41,449 bases of DNA from a virus (IMGVR_UViG_3300011444_000007:1-41449), one strand, 5' to 3'. Positions 9,061 to 16,743 are shown, numbered from the stretch's first letter. Numbers and translations are program-made. The notes: generated from the sequence alone by a model not told the origin.

Positions 9061-10059
9061 TCAGTTGTTGATCTTGATGATTCCGTAGGGGAGTGCCGGG
9101 ACTGCGCCCTGACGCGTCTCCCACTGCACGTACTCTTGACCCGTGTTGCGCACGTGATCGCTGTTGTTATTGTCCTCGAGCGCCTCGAACTCGCGCACGC
9201 CTTCGCGATCCAGCAAGGCAAACGGCTTGGTCGGCGAATCCTTCAGCGCGACATACCAGTCACCGGTGGCGAGGCGCGGCGAGCCCCACAGCTCGATGGT
9301 GCGGCTCGCGTCCTGGATGACGTTAGAGACCGAGACGCCCGCGTCGGTGCCGAGCACTCGACCCTGGCGGCGCTGCAGGAACGTCTCCTCGAAGATGTCC
9401 GTGTCGGCGAGCGCGTGGATGATGAGCACGCCGCGCCCGATGGTCTCGGGCGACAGCAGCGGCTGACCCTTGCCGTCCTGGAACAGCCCGAACTGCTTGA
9501 TCGAGCTGTAATAGTCGGTCCTGACCGCGCTCGACGTCGCGAGGCCCGAGCCAGACAACAGGTTGCCGTTGGTCGCGCCGAAGCGCGCGACGCCACCGGC
9601 CGTGGTCGCGAAGATCGCGGCGCCGTCTGGCGCGAGCATGGTCGCGGGCAGCGTGATCGGCGTCAGCGCGTTGTTGAGCAGGTCGAACAGGAACCGCTCG
9701 GGTAGCAGGCCGGTGGACTCGCCGGTCTTCTTCGCCGCGTCGTAGAGCACGCCGAGTTGGTCGTCCTTGCGGTCCCACTTGAGCCACGGGATGCGCCGTG
9801 CCCAGTTGTGGACCTCGCCAGTGAACGACGTGCTGTCCATCGCGTCGGATGGGACCGGGTCGCCAGGCTTCCAAAGCTCCATGTGCGGCGCCGCGCCCAT
9901 GTACGCGAACGCTTGGTAGCGGTTGGTCATCCCGACGTTCGACATCAGCATGCCGACGCGGCCATCGGCCTGGCGGTTCCGGATGTCGGTGTAGGTGCCC
10001 TGGAAGTCGGCGCGGAGCCCGTTGGCGATGACCGCACTCGCGATGATGGTTTGGACCAT
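9061..10059 (-). CDS. Major capsid protein, Mu gpT-like (332 aa)
   Basis: MGAAPHMELW, DRKDDQLG, PERFLFDLL, APDGAAIF, DGKGQPL and SPRL...WYV...KPF match Mu-like gpT capsids. Follows protease and decoration genes. Confidence 0.85.
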   Translation of the reverse strand: MVQTIIASAVIANGLRADFQGTYTDIRNRQADGRVGMLMSNVGMTNRYQAFAYMGAAPHMELWKPGDPVPSDAMDSTSFTGEVHNWARRIPWLKWDRKDDQLGVLYDAAKKTGESTGLLPERFLFDLLNNALTPITLPATMLAPDGAAIFATTAGGVARFGATNGNLLSGSGLATSSAVRTDYYSSIKQFGLFQDGKGQPLLSPETIGRGVLIIHALADTDIFEETFLQRRQGRVLGTDAGVSVSNVIQDASRTIELWGSPRLATGDWYVALKDSPTKPFALLDREGVREFEALEDNNNSDHVRNTGQEYVQWETRQGAVPALPYGIIKINN

Positions 10060-10079
10060 GGTTCAGCTCGGTTGGTGGC

Positions 10080-10619
10080 TCACGAATCCCAGGTGGCGCC
10101 CGCGACACCGGCCAGGTGCTCGGTCGGGGTGAACAGCTCGACGTCCACGTCGGTGGCGGAGCGGTAACGGACCAACCGACCGATCGGGAAGTTGGTCGTG
10201 TCGGTCATGGTCATGTTCGCCGGGTTGCTGTCCGCGCAGTAGACGAGCAGCCCAACCTTGGCCTGAGTCGGCGTGCCGCCGATCGACATGTGCATGAGCA
10301 CGGTGCCCGACTCGTCGATGATCGCTTCGGGCGGCGGCGTGTCCGACGTGTTGCCGAGCAACACGCCATCGCGCAACCTGTCCTTGCCGCCGACGCAGAT
10401 CCCGGCGAACTGGCCGGTTTCGTCCCAGTGGTTCGCGTAGCCGCCCTCGTACTGGACGAACTGCCCTTCGTAGAGCGTCACGCCGTTGGCGATCGGGACG
10501 GCCCGCGTGCCGGAGCGAGGCGCGGTCTTGCGCACGGCCTTCGCGGCCTGGTCGGACATGCTCGGGAAAGCGACCGCGAGAGCCGCGAGCGCGCACAGGA
10601 TCAGGAGGAGAGTCGTCAT
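10080..10619 (-). CDS. Capsid decoration/cement protein with hydrophobic N-terminal leader (179 aa)
   Basis: GAGG RBS before ATG 10619. Core has LYEGQFV, FAGIC, VGLLVYCAD and IGRLV. Lies between protease and MCP. Confidence 0.7.
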   Translation of the reverse strand: MTTLLLILCALAALAVAFPSMSDQAAKAVRKTAPRSGTRAVPIANGVTLYEGQFVQYEGGYANHWDETGQFAGICVGGKDRLRDGVLLGNTSDTPPPEAIIDESGTVLMHMSIGGTPTQAKVGLLVYCADSNPANMTMTDTTNFPIGRLVRYRSATDVDVELFTPTEHLAGVAGATWDS

Positions 10620-10627
10620 GGTGTGCC

Positions 10628-11155
10628 TCAGGCCGTCGCCTTCGCGGCCGGAGCCTTGAAGCCGGCGCGCGTCATGTGGATCTCGACGTAGCGATCCTGC
10701 GTGGTCGACAAGCCGAGCTGGCTCTGCACCTCCCACTCGGCCGCGAGCTTGGCGGCCTTCTCGACGGCTGTGGTGCCGGCGGCCGAGTACTTCATCGCGA
10801 TGGCCGGCAGCGCTTCCGCGACCATGGCGGCGCCACCACCGCCGAAGTTCGGCGTGGACGGCGGCGCGCTCATCCAGACCTCGACGTAGGCGTTGAACTG
10901 GGCCTGCACCTCGGCTTCCGTGCCCTTGCAGCCCTCGTGGAACTTCGTGAGCTTGTCCTCGATGCCCGAGCCGGTCGCGCGGCCCGCGAGTTTCTTCATC
11001 GCGCCGGACACGGCTTCGCGCCGCTTGTCGACCGCGTCGCGGGCGGCGAACTTCGCTTCCAGCACGTCGAGCTTGCCCTGCAGCGCGGCCATCGCGATCG
11101 CATCCTCGGGCTTCGTGGCCATGGTGACTTCGGGCTTCGGATCGGTCTTGGTCAT
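10628..11155 (-). CDS. Putative nested scaffolding protein from an internal in-frame start (175 aa)
   Basis: GAGGACACC-ATG at 11155, after a disordered linker. Analogous to Mu gpZ inside gpI. Confidence 0.5.
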   Translation of the reverse strand: MTKTDPKPEVTMATKPEDAIAMAALQGKLDVLEAKFAARDAVDKRREAVSGAMKKLAGRATGSGIEDKLTKFHEGCKGTEAEVQAQFNAYVEVWMSAPPSTPNFGGGGAAMVAEALPAIAMKYSAAGTTAVEKAAKLAAEWEVQSQLGLSTTQDRYVEIHMTRAGFKAPAAKATA

Positions 11156-12046
11156 GGTGTCCTCGGTGATCGCTCCCATCTGTGTGCCTGGCACTGGCGA
11201 GGCGGGCGGCTTCTTGCCATCCGCGACCTTGCTCGCCTCGTCCCCTGGCTGTGACTCGGTGCTTCCGGCATCGCCGCGTTCGCGGATCGCCGCGATGACG
11301 GCCTGCAGGTCCGCGACGCTGATCGCGCCACTCTTGATCGCCTTGACGATCGCCTTGGCGTCCGGGCTGGTCGCACTCGCGTCCTCGCCCTGCTGGTCGT
11401 CGGCGGCCGACTTGTCCTTGCGGTCATCGGGCACGCCTTCCTTCGGCTCCTTCGGCTTCGTGTCGGCGCTGGCGTCCGCACCGAACTCGAACTGCACCTC
11501 GGCGCGCTCGCCCGCGTGGAACACCACGACCGACTTGGATCGGAACGCGGCTTCAGCCGGCTCGTCGACCTCGAGCACAGGCAGCCGGCAGTGCGGCACC
11601 TGGTCGTCGAGCAGGGCAAGCGAGTCGATCGACGGCGTGTCGAGCTTGTGGATTTCGACCGATCGGTAGGGGAAGCGCGACGCCTGCACCTCGGCCGCCA
11701 CGTCGGGGTTCGTGATGTGCAGTTCGGCCATCACGGCCATGCGCGACTCGCCGCCGAACTGGATCTGTTCGGCGCCGAGCACGCGGAAGTGGCCGGCGGG
11801 CTTCACGTCGCGGCCCTCGCCGTGGTGCTGGACGTGCAGCGGCGGCAGATAGCCCTCCCGCTCCTGTTGCTGCGCGCGCCCGATGGCAGCCGAGATCCAG
11901 GCCGCGTCGAACTGCTTGACGTGCCGTTCATCGCCCTTGCCGACCTCCTTCGATGTCTCGACGAAGATCGGGACCCGATGCACCACCACGCCGCCGCCCT
12001 TGCGTCGGGTCGACTTGAATCGCGGCAGGGTCGCGGCTGCGGTCAT
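10628..12046 (-). CDS. Prohead protease/scaffold (Mu gp32 I-like, 472 aa)
   Basis: N-terminal LHVQHH...PAGHF...FPYRSVEI...SLALL protease-like motifs; C-terminal Ala/Lys helical scaffold. Confidence 0.75.
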   Translation of the reverse strand: MTAAATLPRFKSTRRKGGGVVVHRVPIFVETSKEVGKGDERHVKQFDAAWISAAIGRAQQQEREGYLPPLHVQHHGEGRDVKPAGHFRVLGAEQIQFGGESRMAVMAELHITNPDVAAEVQASRFPYRSVEIHKLDTPSIDSLALLDDQVPHCRLPVLEVDEPAEAAFRSKSVVVFHAGERAEVQFEFGADASADTKPKEPKEGVPDDRKDKSAADDQQGEDASATSPDAKAIVKAIKSGAISVADLQAVIAAIRERGDAGSTESQPGDEASKVADGKKPPASPVPGTQMGAITEDTMTKTDPKPEVTMATKPEDAIAMAALQGKLDVLEAKFAARDAVDKRREAVSGAMKKLAGRATGSGIEDKLTKFHEGCKGTEAEVQAQFNAYVEVWMSAPPSTPNFGGGGAAMVAEALPAIAMKYSAAGTTAVEKAAKLAAEWEVQSQLGLSTTQDRYVEIHMTRAGFKAPAAKATA

Positions 12047-12107
12047 TGCGCGCGGGACCCTATGCAAGGCCGCGTCAGCAACCGTCCGATTCCGGACCGG
12101 ATTGCTA

Positions 12108-12323
12108 CTACTCGAACCGGCGCGCTTCCCTCAGAGCCTTCTCGTCGAGCATGCGTTCGATGCATTCGATGGTGCGCGGCTGCGGCACGTCATCGCTGTT
12201 CAGCAGACGGAACACTGTCGAGCGTGATGCCGGAATCTCTCTCGCTACGGCATCGGCGCCGCGCATCTTCACGACTTCGCGCAGCCTCTCGCGCGTGTCG
12301 TCCCAATCGTCGCCGATCTTCAT
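12108..12323 (-). CDS. Small Cro/XRE-like HTH protein (71 aa)
   Basis: GADAVAREIPASRSTVFRLLN...PQPRTIECI. ATG overlaps the MuF stop. Confidence 0.75.
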   Translation of the reverse strand: MKIGDDWDDTRERLREVVKMRGADAVAREIPASRSTVFRLLNSDDVPQPRTIECIERMLDEKALREARRFE

Positions 12324-14131
12324 GGCGAGACTCCCGCGAGGTCGGGCCGGCCCTCGTGGCGGAACCCAGGGTCTGGGAACGCGCCAGGAGGCACCGCGCT
12401 CTCGATCACGGTGCCGTCGGTGCGCAGCCGCCCCATTCGCCGAAGATCTGGCCGCGTGACCATCGAGACTTGGCACCGGCAGTTACTAGTGACGATGCCA
12501 CCTGCTACAATCCAGCCGTTCCTCGTCTGGAAGTCGTAGACATGACCCGAAAAATCGAAGTGGCGAATCTCGGCGACGCGATCAAACGCTACCTGTCCGG
12601 CGTGAGCATGACGCAGCTTGCCGGAGAACTCGGCATCAGCCGCGGATGTCTCGCCTCGAACCTCTGCCGTGCGAACGTTGCTCTGCGCGGCCGATCCGAT
12701 GCTGAGACCATGAAGTGGTCGCAGCGCAAGGCAGGCCCCGACTACAGGAGCATCGTCAGGCGCCAGTGCGGTGCCGCCTGGAAGGCTGCGCTCGGGTGCA
12801 CCAGGAGTGAGGATACGCAGATTCGTATCGCTCTCTCCATGGCGGGCAAAGCCCGTGGCTGCGGCGCAAAGAACGAGGTTGAGGTCGCGACGAGGCTCGC
12901 CGGCATGGGGATGAAGCCGCTCTGGCAGCATCCAATCGGCCGATACAACGTGGATGTCGCCTTTGAGGAATCGCGCGTCGCCGTGGAGATTCAGCGGCAG
13001 TTCCCGGCCACGAAGCATTCGACGCGGCACTGTTCCACGCGCCACGATCGCCTCGAACACATCCTGCGCGCAGGGTGGCATGTGCTGTTCGTCTTCTGTC
13101 CTCCGACCCATCGCTACCGTGGCATGCGCGAGCGCTTCGATTGCGGCAGAGTCACGGATCAAATCGTCGCCTTCTGCGATCTCGCCAGCAGGCTTCCACC
13201 CGGTCCGCGTCAGTATGGGGTGATTGACGGTTACGGCAAGCCAACCACCGCCCTCCGTCTTGATCTCGACGGCTGGACCCGAGTATCTGGCTTTTGACGC
13301 GATCTCGACAGCGCCGCAAATGCGCGTTCCAGGCAGAAAGCAGTTGAAGCCCAATGGGGGCGCGAGCTTGTTCCAGACTGGATTGTCGACCGACCAGACG
13401 TGGTTGTCGGCAGCCCGATGGTTCGGCCGCGTGTCCGCGTCGTTCACCGAATCGAAGCGGAAAGCCGGGATCACCGCCTGCACGGCCGGGTCTTGCACCT
13501 GCCGGAATCGCCCCGCCGACACGGCCGTCGAGACGTTCGTCAGGAAGGCGGTGCGCGCGTAGGAGTCGGTCCACGCCTCGGTTTTCTGGCGCAGTTGGTC
13601 GACGTTCTCGCGGATGTGCGCTACCGCCTCGGACGTGGTGAGGCCCGTGCGCATCGCCTCGATGATCTGGGCGTGCACGCGCTCGGTGACTGCCTGCTCG
13701 GCGCTGCGAGCGAACGCGACCACACGGCCCTGGCTGTAGAGGCGCGCGATTTCGGCGCCTGTGCGCTGCGCCGCGTCACGAAGCACCACGGGCGTCCTGG
13801 TCACGAGGTCGTCGATGGCTTCCTGCAACGGCACGCTCGCGACCGCGTCAATCGCGGAGTCGCGGAACGTGATGAGTAGCGGGATATCGGCTCGCATCCC
13901 GACGCCCATTTCCAACATCGCGCCCGCCGCGTGGCGCAGGGTCGACCTCGCTCCGTGCAGCTCGGCTCGCGCCATGGTCTCGGTGAGGCTGGCTAGCAAC
14001 CTGCTCCTGGCCCACGCCGCGCCCTCATTGTCCTGCATCGCGATCGCGACCAGCAAGCGTCGCAGCGATTCGAGGTAGTCGCCGAAGCCGTCGCCCGCGT
14101 GTTCCAGGAATCGCGTCGCGTCGTCGATCAC
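12320..14131 (-). CDS. MuF / SPP1 gp7-family head morphogenesis protein, intein-containing (603-aa precursor, about 316 aa spliced)
   Basis: TNVSTAVSAGR, DSVNDADTRPNH, W...PPLGFN|CRC motifs. The conserved PPxxxNCRC is interrupted by a Hint domain. Follows the portal. Confidence 0.92.
   Translation of the reverse strand: MIDDATRFLEHAGDGFGDYLESLRRLLVAIAMQDNEGAAWARSRLLASLTETMARAELHGARSTLRHAAGAMLEMGVGMRADIPLLITFRDSAIDAVASVPLQEAIDDLVTRTPVVLRDAAQRTGAEIARLYSQGRVVAFARSAEQAVTERVHAQIIEAMRTGLTTSEAVAHIRENVDQLRQKTEAWTDSYARTAFLTNVSTAVSAGRFRQVQDPAVQAVIPAFRFDSVNDADTRPNHRAADNHVWSVDNPVWNKLAPPLGFNCFLPGTRICGAVEIASKARYSGPAVEIKTEGGGWLAVTVNHPILTRTGWKPAGEIAEGDDLIRDSAAIEALAHATVAMGRRTEDEQHMPPCAQDVFEAIVARGTVPRRMLRGRELPLNLHGDARFLKGDIHVVSADWMLPERLHPHAGEPRRDLNLVLCAAATGFARHGESDTNLRILTPGAPERSLPGGTALAPDDAPVVGACLALRPLHGLSIGSAAQSNVRTAEVRGETSAADAEFSGKLRHAHAGQVAFDRVAEIRHFDFSGHVYDFQTRNGWIVAGGIVTSNCRCQVSMVTRPDLRRMGRLRTDGTVIESAVPPGAFPDPGFRHEGRPDLAGVSP
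12483..12511 (+). promoter_or_regulatory. Candidate sigma70-type promoter (extended -10) for the antisense endonuclease, inside the intein C-terminal block
   Basis: TGcTACAAT at 12503-12511, weak -35 TTACTA 17 bp upstream, 30 nt before ATG 12542. AT-rich island in a GC-rich genome. Confidence 0.55.
12542..13297 (+). CDS. Putative homing endonuclease (HTH + NUMOD3-like + DUF559/Vsr-like domain, 251 aa) encoded antisense inside the intein
   Basis: HTH: YLSGVSMTQLAGELGISRGCL. NUMOD3-like: GCTRSEDTQIRIALSMAGK. DUF559-like: NEVEVATRL..G....QHPIGRYNVDVAF...RVAVEI...H...DRLEHILRAGWHVLFV. Confidence 0.85.
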   Translation: MTRKIEVANLGDAIKRYLSGVSMTQLAGELGISRGCLASNLCRANVALRGRSDAETMKWSQRKAGPDYRSIVRRQCGAAWKAALGCTRSEDTQIRIALSMAGKARGCGAKNEVEVATRLAGMGMKPLWQHPIGRYNVDVAFEESRVAVEIQRQFPATKHSTRHCSTRHDRLEHILRAGWHVLFVFCPPTHRYRGMRERFDCGRVTDQIVAFCDLASRLPPGPRQYGVIDGYGKPTTALRLDLDGWTRVSGF

Positions 14132-15576
14132 ACCATTCCCCGAATCCGGTTCTTCGGCGACGGCTCATCCTTCGGTGGCGCGCCGTCATGGTCGTCCTGG
14201 CCAGGAGGTTGCGGCGGCTTCGGCGGGCCCTTGATGCGCAAGAAGTCGAGCGGGTCGCCGCCGCCTCCGCCTCCACTGAATCCCGAGGCTTCGGCCGGGT
14301 CCGCGCCTTCCAGCGTGTCCTCTCCGTCCTCGGGCTTTCGGAACCCGGTCTGCTCGTACACGTCCTCCATGGCAAGCGGGACACCCATGGTGTGCAGGAT
14401 CTGCGCGACAGCCGCACGCTTCTCCGGGTCGAGCCGCTTCTCTTGCTTGATGTTGAACCTCGGCAGTTCGTCCGCGATCCCGAGTTCGATCAGGTTCGCG
14501 CTGTTGTAGTGCCAGACCGAGCGCACGAGACTGTGGGTCAGCGTCTCCTCGAGTGCCTCGCGATCGTACTGGACCAGTGCCTCGGTGCTGTTCTCCTGGA
14601 TCTCACCGAGCGCATAGCTCCCGCCCTCGTTCGCGCTCGTCGGCAGGTTCGCCGACAAGATCAGCATGATGATCGAACTCTTGAGCGACTCGGTCAGCTC
14701 GCGGAACATCTGCCAGCCCTCTCCGCTCGGCTGCACGATCTCGAACTCGTCGGACTTGTCGAACACAAGTGAGTGGCGCGCCCGCATGTTGCTGATCGTC
14801 TCCAGGTGCTTGCGCACCAGATCCTCGTTAGGCAACATCGTGCTGGCGTCGCGCAGGCCATCGACCTTCGTGACCGCGACGCCCTGGCCGAATCGCTCGG
14901 CCGCGTTCATGTATTCCTGCCAAGAGTGCGTCTTCGTATACCAGAGCCACGCCAGAGGCTCGCGCAGGCCACGACCGAATCCGAGCGTTCCCTGCTCGTC
15001 CTCGTAGGTGTGCCGGACCATGCACAGCGATTCTTCCGGACTCTCGAAGACGAAGTCTCGGAGCTTGAGATCATAGCGCTGATGCTTGATCGAGATGGTG
15101 CCGTCCGGCTCCTCGATCGGCTTGTCCTGGAACCAGCGCTTGTCGATCGACTGCATCTTGATCGGCACGATCCAGGTGCGAGGCTTGCCGTCGCCAATCG
15201 TCATGACGGTCGGTCGCCAGTTGATCCATGCCATCTGTTGGCCGTGGAGGAATGCGCGCGCGAGCTTCGACCTGGACTGCGTAAAATCGCGGATGTTCTT
15301 CAGCAGCTTGGTGCCGATCGCCACGGCCAGCGCCGACTTCTCATTGCCCGAACTCTCGGCCTGCAGCGTCCACTGACGTCCCGCAATCAATTTGCATCGC
15401 TGGCTCGTCGCATGCACGACGTCGGCGTCGCGCAACATCTTGTCTTCGATCTCGGGTTCTTGGGCGAGCCACACCGAGGGCTCGTAGAGCCGCAGGCTGT
15501 TGCGGTAGGCGCTCGAGATCGCGCTCAGGAAGATGCGCTGCGACTGGTTCGTGCGCGCCAGCAATTCGGTCGTCAT
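14128..15576 (-). CDS. Portal protein, Mu gp29/DUF935 family (482 aa)
   Basis: MLRDADV, GRGLREPL, AERFGQG, ILSANL and GGSYALGEIQ motifs. ATG at 15576 overlaps the upstream stop. Confidence 0.9.
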   Translation of the reverse strand: MTTELLARTNQSQRIFLSAISSAYRNSLRLYEPSVWLAQEPEIEDKMLRDADVVHATSQRCKLIAGRQWTLQAESSGNEKSALAVAIGTKLLKNIRDFTQSRSKLARAFLHGQQMAWINWRPTVMTIGDGKPRTWIVPIKMQSIDKRWFQDKPIEEPDGTISIKHQRYDLKLRDFVFESPEESLCMVRHTYEDEQGTLGFGRGLREPLAWLWYTKTHSWQEYMNAAERFGQGVAVTKVDGLRDASTMLPNEDLVRKHLETISNMRARHSLVFDKSDEFEIVQPSGEGWQMFRELTESLKSSIIMLILSANLPTSANEGGSYALGEIQENSTEALVQYDREALEETLTHSLVRSVWHYNSANLIELGIADELPRFNIKQEKRLDPEKRAAVAQILHTMGVPLAMEDVYEQTGFRKPEDGEDTLEGADPAEASGFSGGGGGGDPLDFLRIKGPPKPPQPPGQDDHDGAPPKDEPSPKNRIRGMV

Positions 15577-15857
15577 GCTGCCGGCTCGGTCACGTCGGTG
15601 GCGGGCGGCAGCGCGGCCGGAGTCGGGTCTGCTGGCGTCGGCGCGATGGCGGGCGGCAGGCTCTGTTTCTGCCACGCCGCCAGCTCGTCGCGCGGGATCG
15701 TGCGCAGCCGGCCGCTCTGGATCGCACGCTCACGAGCCCACAGCGCGTCTGCAGCGATCGGCCGCTGGTCGTCCGGAAGCTCGATCGCACCTGGCGCGAG
15801 CGAGTTGTAGAACTCGGCCACCGGCGGGGGAGTCACCACGGGGGTTTGGTCGCCCAT
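15573..15857 (-). CDS. Hypothetical Pro-rich protein (94 aa)
   Basis: Coupled to the portal by ATGA; plausible composition. Confidence 0.6.
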   Translation of the reverse strand: MGDQTPVVTPPPVAEFYNSLAPGAIELPDDQRPIAADALWARERAIQSGRLRTIPRDELAAWQKQSLPPAIAPTPADPTPAALPPATDVTEPAA

Positions 15858-15923
15858 GGGCCGGCATCTTCCCGAGACTGAGTCTCAGTAGCAAGGGGCC
15901 TACTTCACCTACTTTTTCACCTA

Positions 15924-15974
15924 CTTGCGCTGCAAACTTTGCAAGCTTTGCAAGCTGATGCGCACGCGCCAAGG
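15924..15974. repeat. Direct repeat copy 1, with tandem 9-bp TGCAA(A/G)CTT units
   Basis: cttgcgctgcaaactttgcaagctttgcaagctgatgcgcacgcgccaagg recurs at 16744-16803 with one extra 9-mer. Confidence 0.95.
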
Positions 15975-16129
15975 CTCGACCACGCCGGTGACGCGCTGTC
16001 GAGCTTCGTCGCGCTCGGCGCGAAGCTTCTGGAGTTCTGCAACCAGTCGATCAACCCGCGCCGCGAGGCTCAGGGGGGCGGTGCCATGCACCGGGTGCGG
16101 CTCGCTCCTCGGCACGTCGGTCTGGTCGA

Positions 16130-16351
16130 TCAGCTGGTCGGCGGGACCTCCAGGCCGCGCTCGCGAAGCAACCGCACAGCCGTAGAGCTTGCGTCGCCGG
16201 GGTCGTAGGCGCGGATCTCGGCATCGTCGTGGTCGCCGGCGCAGCCGATCATCCTCGCCTCGTTGCGCGCATCCGCCATCGCGGCCTCGGCCGTCGCGCC
16301 CTCGCCCACCACCATCATCTCCCCGATCAGCGCTACGTATCGAGTCGTCAT
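16130..16351 (-). CDS. Hypothetical protein (73 aa)
   Basis: MTTRYVALIGEMMVVGEGATAEAAMADA...; lies directly downstream of the 72-bp leader repeat and its GAGGA. Confidence 0.6.
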   Translation of the reverse strand: MTTRYVALIGEMMVVGEGATAEAAMADARNEARMIGCAGDHDDAEIRAYDPGDASSTAVRLLRERGLEVPPTS

Positions 16352-16352
16352 C

Positions 16353-16424
16353 CGTCATCCGTCCTCTGCGCCCGATCCGCCGGGCGCCCGCGTCCCGGTG
16401 TCCGCCGGGTCGGTGCGGCGATCC
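16353..16424 (-). repeat. 72-bp dispersed repeat copy 1 (structured leader candidate)
   Basis: Identical to 22784-22855 except for one base. Confidence 0.95.
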
Positions 16425-16441
16425 AGTCGCCACGCCATTCT

Positions 16442-16470
16442 AGTAGACCGGACCCGCTGGAAACTGTCAA
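16442..16470 (-). promoter_or_regulatory. Candidate sigma70 promoter TTGACA-N17-TCTACT, divergent from the XRE gene
   Basis: Perfect -35 at 16470-16465, 17-bp spacer, 4/6 match -10 at 16447-16442. Confidence 0.6.
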
Positions 16471-16492
16471 CGCATGCGCCTACATTTCTCGC

Positions 16493-16717
16493 ATGCACAA
16501 GTCGGCATTTCTTCCCTTGTTCGGTTCCCGCCTGGCGAAAGCGCGCGCCGCCGCCGGGCTCTCGCAGGCCAACGTCGCGAACGTGATCCGCGTCCACCGC
16601 CAGACCGTCTACCTGTGGGAGGCCGGCCGCCAGGCGCCAGACGTGTGGCGCGTGCGCCAGCTGTGCGAGGCTCTGTCGGTGGTGCCGACGCACCTACTCG
16701 GGCTCGGCGACGGATGA
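16493..16717 (+). CDS. XRE-family HTH transcriptional regulator (74 aa)
   Basis: FGSRLAKARAAAGLSQANVANVIRVHRQTVYLWEAGRQAP...LCEALSV is a canonical HTH_3 pattern. Confidence 0.9.
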   Translation: MHKSAFLPLFGSRLAKARAAAGLSQANVANVIRVHRQTVYLWEAGRQAPDVWRVRQLCEALSVVPTHLLGLGDG

Positions 16718-16743
16718 GGGTGGTGGAAGCTCGTCCGTGATGC

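Larger units (their letters stand above)
12482..13342 (-). mobile_element. Intein (287 aa) in MuF, no in-frame endonuclease
   Basis: Block A CFLPGTRI, block B LAVTVNHPILTRTGW, block F HVYDFQT, block G GIVTSN followed by +1 Cys. The penultimate residue is Ser rather than His. Confidence 0.93.

Noticed and set aside
11516-12541. 5' extension of the 593-aa + strand ORF
   Set aside because: It reads as shadow translation of the protease, HTH and MuF genes. Protein-like sequence begins only at ATG 12542, after a candidate promoter.
16355-16438. 27-aa ORF MAWRLDRRTDPADTGTRAPGGSGAEDG
   Set aside because: Its ATG lies 3 nt from the candidate -10, probably upstream of the transcript start, and it has no RBS. 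It is more likely a non-coding leader.
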